From Candidatus Obscuribacterales bacterium (GTDB lineage Bacteria; Cyanobacteriota; Vampirovibrionia; Obscuribacterales; Obscuribacteraceae), in NCBI GenBank assembly GCA_965228855.1, contig CBDDIJ010000002.1:1280001-1344000 (forward strand): 64,000 nucleotides of DNA. Direction: 5' to 3'. The notes below the pieces were generated by a model. It saw only the letters and a program-made list of their open reading frames with translations, was not told where the DNA came from and made no database searches. The translations under genes and the position numbers were made by a program. Shown in pieces: positions 56,738 through 64,000 of the stretch (position 1 is the stretch's first letter; every line of letters begins with the position of its first letter).

Positions 56738-58234
56738 TTAGCGGAAACCGCGTCCCATGCCGCGACCGCCGCCGCCGCCCATGAAGCCGCCGGGTCGCTT
56801 GCCGTCGTAGCCTTCGCGAGACAACTGTTCTTTAGACAAACCTTCGAAAACTTCGTCGCCTTCCTTCAAGCCTTCCAGGATCACGATGTCGTGACCAAGG
56901 CTCTGACCGGTTTTCACTGGCTTGAAGTCCGGCTCGTTGCCGTCTCCGGGAACGTAAACACCGGTCTTTCCTTTACGTGATACCACGCATACCGTAGGGA
57001 TTGTGATGGCATCATCTATGGTGCCGGTCACGAATTTAGCGGACACGTTCATTCCTGATAGCAGCTCGCCTTTAGGATCTCCGGTAAGGTCAGCGTGCAC
57101 TTCGAAAGTAGTCACGTTCTGGGTTACGATCGCAGCAGGCGCGATCTGCGTAACTTTGCCTTTGAATACGCGGTCTGGATAAGCGGTCGCGGTAATCTCA
57201 ACCGGTTGACCAATAGTTATTTTTGGAACATTGGATTCGGCAACTTGAGCGACCATCTCTAGCTTCCCGGACAATGAAATGATCGAGCTGGATGTTGCCG
57301 ATGTTGTTGCGGCCGACGTTGTCGGTGTGACGATCGCACCAGCGTCTGCATACTTCTGGGTGACGATCCCATCAAAGGGAGCGCGTACCTTCGTGTCGTA
57401 TAGCAGGCTCTCCATGTATTTTAGCTGTCCTCTGGATTGAACGGCCATGTTCCTAGCTTCTTCGATGTCTTCTGCGCGAAAGCCCGACTTCATCAAGCTG
57501 TACTGTTCTCTCGTCGCTTCGAGCTCGGCCTGGCTCTGAGCCATCGCTTGCTCGGCTTGCTCGCGCTCACGCTCGGCCGCATGCAATTGCGACAAAGTTA
57601 CGGTCGCTGCCGTCTCCGCGTCAATTTTTGCTTGCTCGGAAACCGCACCAGCTCCCGAAAGCAAACCCTGCCGTTTGGCGAACGCTTCATCGCGTTTTAG
57701 CTGGGCGGTTAATGCCTCAATCTGCGCGCTCAGTCGACTGATGTTGACTTTGGCCTGGTGAACGGCTTTCTGACCGCGCAACTCCTGGAATTTTGATGCC
57801 GCCACTTCTTGAGGTCTGTTTCCGTGCTGCATCTTCTCGAGGCGAGCCACCGCAGCCAGATATGTGCCACGAGCTGCCTCAACCTGCCCTTGCAGGTTTG
57901 ACGCGTCCATTTCCGCAATTACCTGACCGGTTTTGACGCGGTCACCTTGTTTTACATGCAGCTTCATAAGCAGTCCGGTTTGTTTTGGACTGAGTTTAAC
58001 TTCGTGGACCGGTCGAATAATGCCTGTTGCCAGAACTGTCAGGTCCGCCGGTCCGCGTTTAACCGTGATGATATTTCGGCGCGAATGCTTATGCTTTGCC
58101 TGATTCTCGTTTTGAATATAGAAGAAACCGCCTGCTGCAGCCCCAGCCAGAAGAACTGCAATAATCGAATAGCGCAGAATCTTCCGCTTTTGCGTTTGCT
58201 TGAAAGTCGTCGGTGTGAGTGTTTTCTGCTGCAT
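56738..58234 (-). CDS. Periplasmic adaptor / membrane fusion protein (MacA/HlyD family)
   Basis: N-terminal TM, VKQGDRVKTGQ, long coiled hairpin, VRAPFDG, GLKEGD. Confidence 0.94.
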   Translation of the reverse strand: MQQKTLTPTTFKQTQKRKILRYSIIAVLLAGAAAGGFFYIQNENQAKHKHSRRNIITVKRGPADLTVLATGIIRPVHEVKLSPKQTGLLMKLHVKQGDRVKTGQVIAEMDASNLQGQVEAARGTYLAAVARLEKMQHGNRPQEVAASKFQELRGQKAVHQAKVNISRLSAQIEALTAQLKRDEAFAKRQGLLSGAGAVSEQAKIDAETAATVTLSQLHAAEREREQAEQAMAQSQAELEATREQYSLMKSGFRAEDIEEARNMAVQSRGQLKYMESLLYDTKVRAPFDGIVTQKYADAGAIVTPTTSAATTSATSSSIISLSGKLEMVAQVAESNVPKITIGQPVEITATAYPDRVFKGKVTQIAPAAIVTQNVTTFEVHADLTGDPKGELLSGMNVSAKFVTGTIDDAITIPTVCVVSRKGKTGVYVPGDGNEPDFKPVKTGQSLGHDIVILEGLKEGDEVFEGLSKEQLSREGYDGKRPGGFMGGGGGRGMGRGFR

Positions 58235-58318
58235 TTTTGGTTCGCCGACTCGAATTGAGCCCCGCGGGGCCCTTCGTGAAACTATGTGGTTAATGACGGG
58301 AAGCGCACTCTGATGTTC

Positions 58319-60277
58319 CTATTGAGTGTTATTGGGCTGCTTGAGTCCGATCGGAAGCGGATATTCGTTAGTCAAGGTCGCTATAGATATTTGCCCAGTA
58401 TCGCGCAAAAGCTGTGCCTGAGAGATGTTGTAGTTAATTATGGCTTGTGCGTGGTTGGTCAAAGCGGTTACATAGTCCCGTTGTGCCTGAATCAGTTCAA
58501 GGTTGATACCTTGCCCGTAAGTGACGCGGAGGTTGGCCAGGCGGAGCTGTTCCGCAGAGGAAACCAGGGCTTCTGCTGCCACGTCGATTTGTTCTTTGGC
58601 GGTGAGCATACTCAGGTAAGAGGACCGCACACCCTGTACTACTGTAAGGTACTGGTCGTTGGACTGCAATAGAGCCTGGCGGGCCAGTGCTTGTGCGGAT
58701 AGTGTATTGCCGAGATCCGGTATGCCCATTCCGGTAAGCGACCAGCTCAGGTCGAAACCGGCACTGACGGAACGGCCTCCACTGCCACTAACCCCGATAC
58801 CACCACCTCCGCTGCCCCCTGTCGGAATGATGACTGTGGAGCCGCCGAGTCCACTGCTGCTACCGCTTCTGCTTGTTTCTGACTTTGTCACCGAAGTGAA
58901 AAACTGGAAGGTCGGATACAGGTTTGCCTGTGCAACCTGAACGTTGCGATTGGCAGCCATTCTAAGGAAGTTGTATTGTTTAAGTTCCGGACGATTTTGA
59001 TACGTTACGGCTAACAATTCGTTGATTCCGACTTGCGGATTGACCAGGCGTAGCTCTCGAACATTCGATTCTTCCGGAATGAAGTTGATTGCCATGCTGG
59101 TGTTCATCACGCGCGCCAGTTCCAACGCCGCCTGCCGGACGAGAACCTGCTGCTGGAGCAGCGCTTGTTTGTCCAACGCTAGCTGCGTTCTCGATTGATA
59201 AACCGCAAAGTTCGTGCCCACTCCGGCGTCGCGAAGTTGCTCGTTCAGCTTCAACTGTGTGCGGGAGAGTTCAACCGAGCGCACGCGGATCTGCAATAAC
59301 GTTTGTTGTAACAGTAAGTTGTAGTAGCCGCGATAACCAGCCAGCAGAGCGTCATTCACGGAAGCGTAGTAGCCGTATTTGAACGCGCGCGAATTGTAGT
59401 AGTTTGACAGAGCTCCGTATAAAACTCGACCGCCCTGATAAACAGGATATGTGAGGGTAGTCGAATTTGTGAAGATTGTACTTGTGGATGAGCCCGAATT
59501 CTCGATCTGTTGCCCACGGTATGTCAGTTGCAGGTTTGGCGCAAACCGACCCAGCGAGCCCAACAGCAAATATCTACGCGAATCATATGCTGCTTGAGAA
59601 ATCCGAATAGGCAGATTGTTATCGAGTGCAATCTGCAGAACCTTTTTCAAGTTGATCGCTTCGTTGTAGCTGGCTTCAAGCCGAATTGGAGGTAGTCTTC
59701 CTCCGCCAATCGGCAGCAATTCCGATGCAGGCACCGGCATTAGTGTCACTGATTCTGCTTCCTGCTTTTGCTGATCAGTTAATGACGGGTCTGCTGTACT
59801 GGATGAGTAAGGCGTCACCTGTCCCGGTTGTTCGGGATAAAGTTGCTCAAGCGTCGAGCCCGGGGAGGGCGTCGGCGGCGATTGCGACGTCTCGGGTTGC
59901 AGTGGCGCTACCGGTTTTGGATGAATAGGATCAGGGACACTTATTATGGGCTGTGCCTGGGGAAAGTTGGGCGCCTTGACCGGGCCGCCTGTAGAAGGAG
60001 ACGGTGAAGCAGTCTCACCTGAATCAGGCTTTCCGAATGGACCGGCGCTGGTTGTGCCATCAGGTGGATTGGTAGAGGGTTGGGCATTCCGAATCGCTTG
60101 AGGATCTGGAATCGGTTTCGTTACTGGAGCCGATTGAGGAGTTGTCTCGTGATTGGTCGTGCCGGCTGGACCGCGCAACACTGGGTTGCCTTCGGAGGAT
60201 TGCGCCAATACAGGCATTGCCGGCATCAGAGACAGCGAGATACAGAGATACGATAAGAACTTAGGTGGCCTACGCAT
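58319..60277 (-). CDS. TolC-family outer membrane channel with Pro-rich N-terminal extension
   Basis: Signal peptide; two OEP repeats; LELIQAQRDY...YNISQAQLLRDTG. Confidence 0.92.
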   Translation of the reverse strand: MRRPPKFLSYLCISLSLMPAMPVLAQSSEGNPVLRGPAGTTNHETTPQSAPVTKPIPDPQAIRNAQPSTNPPDGTTSAGPFGKPDSGETASPSPSTGGPVKAPNFPQAQPIISVPDPIHPKPVAPLQPETSQSPPTPSPGSTLEQLYPEQPGQVTPYSSSTADPSLTDQQKQEAESVTLMPVPASELLPIGGGRLPPIRLEASYNEAINLKKVLQIALDNNLPIRISQAAYDSRRYLLLGSLGRFAPNLQLTYRGQQIENSGSSTSTIFTNSTTLTYPVYQGGRVLYGALSNYYNSRAFKYGYYASVNDALLAGYRGYYNLLLQQTLLQIRVRSVELSRTQLKLNEQLRDAGVGTNFAVYQSRTQLALDKQALLQQQVLVRQAALELARVMNTSMAINFIPEESNVRELRLVNPQVGINELLAVTYQNRPELKQYNFLRMAANRNVQVAQANLYPTFQFFTSVTKSETSRSGSSSGLGGSTVIIPTGGSGGGGIGVSGSGGRSVSAGFDLSWSLTGMGIPDLGNTLSAQALARQALLQSNDQYLTVVQGVRSSYLSMLTAKEQIDVAAEALVSSAEQLRLANLRVTYGQGINLELIQAQRDYVTALTNHAQAIINYNISQAQLLRDTGQISIATLTNEYPLPIGLKQPNNTQ

Positions 60278-60413
60278 AAGATCCCTGACGTAGAAAAGTT
60301 TTCAAGTGTTCTGCTGTTGACTACTGAATTTCAAATTCTCTACGTCAAAAAATGAAACGCCCGTCTGCAGGTCAGCGTTAATTCAACCAATCTATTGTGA
60401 AACAGTCAATTAT

Positions 60414-62282
60414 TTAAAATGAAGTTGGCTGATTTTGCTTTCGACTGCTCGCCAGGGCTGCCGGTTGTGATCGTTTGGTTTCCGCACGCTTGCTGGTGTT
60501 TAAATACCCGTGAACCGGCGTCGCGGTCCGAGTCATGCCGCTTTTGCCGTTCAGTTCGTCGAGCGAAGGCATGGCTAGCTGTTTTGCCTCCAACTCTACC
60601 AGCGGTTTCTGGCTGGCATTGGCTGAAGTTTCCTGCGCGCCAGGTTTGCTCACAATGTAGCTTGCTGGCTGGATTATGACAGGAGGCAGCTCGTTGGAGG
60701 CAAAATCAGCAGAGTTCAGTTGAGATACTTCAGCCGCGGGAGCAATTGCGGTCGGTGCTACGCTGGGCATAATCCAGGCTGTCACAGGGGGAGTGTTTGC
60801 GGTGCTGGGCTCGGGGGCTGCTTCACGACCAGAAGCGAACGGTGACGTGTAATCAGTTCCATCGTTTTCAATTGCGTCTAGAAGCGCTGAGTTTTTCGTC
60901 GGTGCGAATGTTGCAGAATCGAACTTTCCAGCAGTAGCCTTGAGATTTTTCTCCGGTAGCCAGAGTGGTGGATATTTGTCGAGTTCGTTCTGTTCGTCTG
61001 GAATGACTTCACCGTTGAGGGTGATCACTCTGAGGTCGTCATCCGACTCATGCTTCTGATTGCGAGCGCTGTCTCCGCCGCCTGCGGCTGGAGCATTCTT
61101 TTTCTCTTCATTTGCCGGAGCGTTATTCTTGCCGGGATTTTTTTCCTTCTTCGGTTTTGGTTGCTTTTGTGGTTCGCCCTGATAGTGCTTCTTGAGCATG
61201 TTCATTGTGCCGACAAGATTTGGCTTATAAGCGCTCATTCGCAGACCGAAAAAGATACGAACGTCCGCTCCCGAAAGACCCGGTAAATTTCTTCCAGCAA
61301 AGTTGAAGACCGGCTCGCAGCGCACGAATGCCTGGAAACCTGGAAGGCTGTCGACAACTTGACGAGCGACTTCGAAATCGCAGATCCACGAGCCAGTATC
61401 GAGTTGGTTGAAGGCGGCTTCAAAACCCTTTTGGAATGTGTTCAACATGGTGGCGTTAGCAGAGAAAGCCCAGCGTCCACGCGTTGTTGCTAAACCGAAA
61501 GTATAGAATGGCGTGATACTTCGATTGGGACCGTGCATGAATTTTGTGGATCGCATCTGCATGATGGCGTTGAAATACGCGACGGAGCGCCACGGTAGAT
61601 AGTATGTAAACGTGAAACTCGGAATGTAGTCGAACACGGGAATCGCGCTGGACTGCCACAGTTCTCGAGCCATGAACTGGAGCTCGACTTGAGCCTTGTT
61701 ATTTAGAACCGGACGCTGGTGTTCTATCCCCAAACCAACCTGGTTGATGGTGGTATTGAGAATGTTGTTTTTAAACAGTTTGTCTCGCAAACAATAGTAG
61801 TTGACGAACAAATGTGTGTTCTGTGTTAAAGCCCAACCGGCAGTCAAGTTTGGCGAGACGCGGAAGACCACGTCTTCTGCATAGGAGCGATCTAAAAGGC
61901 CTTGAACAGCTTGTGCGCCTTCCGGAGAAAGGTTCTCCAATCCGTCAGGGGCGAACTTCCTGAGAATCGCGGAACGCGATGGGAACTGAAACACGTTCGT
62001 TTCTATCCGGAAAGATGATTCGACCGTGCCGCTGAAATAAAACGGTGCTGGAAGTTTTTGAAACAATCGCAGTTTCAAACTCTCGCCAAGTCTGGTCTTC
62101 TCTGTCTGAATCGGAATCGGCGCCGTGTCCGTCGGTAGAACCGTACTCGGTCTGCTACCGCCGAGAGCATCCTGGGCACTGACAGGCAGCGCCGCCATGA
62201 GAGAAGATATAGCAGCCACTACAGCTGGTGCCAATAATCTACGCCGATTTTTGCTGCCCTGGACTTTCACGCGACGCCACAT
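60414..62282 (-). CDS. Putative outer-membrane beta-barrel protein with disordered C-terminal tail
   Basis: Signal peptide; alternating aromatic beta strands ending RIFFGLRMS; low-complexity tail; upstream of tolC-like gene. Confidence 0.65.
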   Translation of the reverse strand: MWRRVKVQGSKNRRRLLAPAVVAAISSLMAALPVSAQDALGGSRPSTVLPTDTAPIPIQTEKTRLGESLKLRLFQKLPAPFYFSGTVESSFRIETNVFQFPSRSAILRKFAPDGLENLSPEGAQAVQGLLDRSYAEDVVFRVSPNLTAGWALTQNTHLFVNYYCLRDKLFKNNILNTTINQVGLGIEHQRPVLNNKAQVELQFMARELWQSSAIPVFDYIPSFTFTYYLPWRSVAYFNAIMQMRSTKFMHGPNRSITPFYTFGLATTRGRWAFSANATMLNTFQKGFEAAFNQLDTGSWICDFEVARQVVDSLPGFQAFVRCEPVFNFAGRNLPGLSGADVRIFFGLRMSAYKPNLVGTMNMLKKHYQGEPQKQPKPKKEKNPGKNNAPANEEKKNAPAAGGGDSARNQKHESDDDLRVITLNGEVIPDEQNELDKYPPLWLPEKNLKATAGKFDSATFAPTKNSALLDAIENDGTDYTSPFASGREAAPEPSTANTPPVTAWIMPSVAPTAIAPAAEVSQLNSADFASNELPPVIIQPASYIVSKPGAQETSANASQKPLVELEAKQLAMPSLDELNGKSGMTRTATPVHGYLNTSKRAETKRSQPAALASSRKQNQPTSF

Positions 62283-62856
62283 GCGAGTGAGTTAGTGCGA
62301 CTGGTTTCTTCGGTTGGCTGGTTTCTTAGTAAGGTTTGAAAATCGCCTGAGCGATTTGGCGATCTAAAGTGACCGCACCAATTACTCAATTTTTTCCACC
62401 CTGAAACATGGTTTGACACCATATTTCGTACCGTGATTATACACACTCATTCTTTCGCCGTTTCCCTCTGGCAGAGGTTTTTACAAGCAAGTGAATGAGG
62501 AGTATGTCAAGTGATAGGGCCGAGCATGCGGTTTCTATCGCCATTTAGTTATCGACTGATCAAGTGTTGTCAAAGTTTCCCTCAAGCATGTCTGTATTAT
62601 GGATCTTTTATATAAGACGTTTGATTTGCTCTGTCCGGTTTTAAGGTCGGCTCGTCCGATTTTCTAAGAGGTAGTGACCGTAACGCTCAAATCCTCTTGA
62701 AAACAAATGTAAACGCAATATATAGACTGTTTTGAAGCCTCATGATAACCTTGACTTCAATCCGCTTTTCGGGCGCGCGGGACTTTGAAGTCGATGTTCC
62801 ACCCGAAAACTCCGTTATTTTTCGTCATCATCAACGCTATTCAGAGGAATGCTCGA

Positions 62857-63495
62857 ATGACTAACGGAAGTAGGTTTGTGGCGCTTGGCGTCTCTATGTT
62901 CGCAGCTGGTGTATTTCTCGGACCGGCGCTCGCTAGCGACAACTTTCGTTCTTTCGTGCACGCCAACCCTGGAATTGATAAGTCTGCACTCCGGCAAATG
63001 TGGCAGTCCGGTAGAAACGGCGGACAGGATAGTATCGGATTTGGTGTCATCGGTTTGAACAGCGACAGGGGGCGCAGCTACGTCCCACCGGTGGTCGATG
63101 TGACTATGCCATCGCCTGTGGTGCCGGGTGCTTTTACGAACTTTCGAGAGTTCAGGAATTCAAACCCGGGAATAGACAACCGCGTACTTCGTGAAGCATG
63201 GAGAGCTGATTCTGCGCAAATGAACATTGGTTTCATTCGCAACAATCCGGTCGATTTGTCGAGTCTCGGAGATGGAAAAAGGGACGTGACTTGGAACGAT
63301 TTGAAGAATTTGAATCCTGGTATCGACAAGACCGCTTTAAAGACGATGTACAGGCACATGAAAAACGGCTCGCCGGCTGACGTAACGTTCGGCGTGATTA
63401 CCGATGCAGACTCAATCACAAGCGTGGCGTCCAGTGGAAATCTGCTGGCGAATCAGAAAGCGTTTGGATCGGTCCAACTGCTAACGGACAAATAG
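62857..63495 (+). CDS. Exported protein with three NPGID repeats
   Basis: ATG 62857 with AGAGGA RBS; signal peptide ending ALA; three NPGID-containing units. Confidence 0.8.
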   Translation: MTNGSRFVALGVSMFAAGVFLGPALASDNFRSFVHANPGIDKSALRQMWQSGRNGGQDSIGFGVIGLNSDRGRSYVPPVVDVTMPSPVVPGAFTNFREFRNSNPGIDNRVLREAWRADSAQMNIGFIRNNPVDLSSLGDGKRDVTWNDLKNLNPGIDKTALKTMYRHMKNGSPADVTFGVITDADSITSVASSGNLLANQKAFGSVQLLTDK

Positions 63496-63502
63496 TGTTT
63501 TG

Positions 63503-64000
63503 TTACTTGTGCCTTCCGTTCTGATACTTTCTCGCATTCTCTTGCGCGCGCCTGACTTGCTCGTTCATATCGACAAGTCGGTATCCGGGCGGTGGGGCAA
63601 AGTATTGTGCGCCGATCAAATTGGTCGATGACGTTTTAATCCGCATCTGTGGTTTGTTATCCAGCGTCATGAGGACGGGGCAGCCGAGAGACTTGTCAAT
63701 CCAGGCCTCGCTTTTCTTGCCGGATGCTGTTGTCGTTTGCCAGCCTTCGCAAAGACGACCTTCGACCATTTTGTCTCCAAGTGAGACTCTTTGGCTCGAG
63801 CTGCTGGACGGAAGTCCAGGCGTATTCTGCATCGCCATTTTGCTCACGGCTCTTGTCGAATCGTCGATTGAGAAAGTAGCCTTCTGGTTTGCATCGGTCA
63901 CTGAAACAAACGATCTGCCATTCATTACGGTCTCGCTACGAATTCTTCCCATTCCATCACAGGACAAGCGCATCTGCGTTGGACCTGACGGCATGTAATA
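63503..64000 (-). CDS. DUF4412-like protein (probably 5'-truncated by window edge)
   Basis: Frame open to 64000; LGDKMVEGRLCEGW, AWIDKSLGCPV, YFAPPPGYR. Confidence 0.7.
   Translation of the reverse strand, partial: YYMPSGPTQMRLSCDGMGRIRSETVMNGRSFVSVTDANQKATFSIDDSTRAVSKMAMQNTPGLPSSSSSQRVSLGDKMVEGRLCEGWQTTTASGKKSEAWIDKSLGCPVLMTLDNKPQMRIKTSSTNLIGAQYFAPPPGYRLVDMNEQVRRAQENARKYQNGRHK

Noticed and set aside
58259..58271. GC palindrome GCCCCGCGGGGC between tolC and adaptor genes as a terminator
   Set aside because: Very short loop, no U tract, inside an apparent operon; at most a stabilising stem.

Overview
Gene-dense bacterial chromosomal segment with no integrase, transposase, CRISPR array or rRNA that I can see. 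Gene content and protein style suggest a non-photosynthetic relative of Cyanobacteria (Vampirovibrionia/Melainabacteria, perhaps Obscuribacterales). That is an inference, not a database result. Housekeeping genes: hemA-hemC-hemD, a DHH/CBS-fused tRNA nucleotidyltransferase, a lipid kinase, tRNA-Ser(CGA) without encoded CCA, cysS, gltX, rlpA, yebC, murD-ftsW-murG, and a MacAB-TolC-type exporter. Accessory genes: an Hpt-REC-REC-GGDEF protein missed by the ORF track (cut by the left edge), three orphan Tad-type pseudopilin genes, a subtilase, a membrane pseudokinase, two tandem membrane/SAM-dependent spermidine-synthase-like fusions, a double Zn-ribbon protein, a very acidic disordered protein with Cys/His repeats, and an exported NPGID-repeat protein. 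Best leads: (1) an NfeD / truncated SPFH / flotillin / P-loop kinase / BtuF cluster with an identical NrdR-box-like 16-mer upstream of both SPFH genes; (2) a multibranched structured element at 40953-41100; (3) twin palindromes with a compensatory change at 36668-36749; (4) several structured 5' leaders, one a possible pseudoknot at 62751-62809. All RNA pairings were read by eye and need folding and covariance tests.
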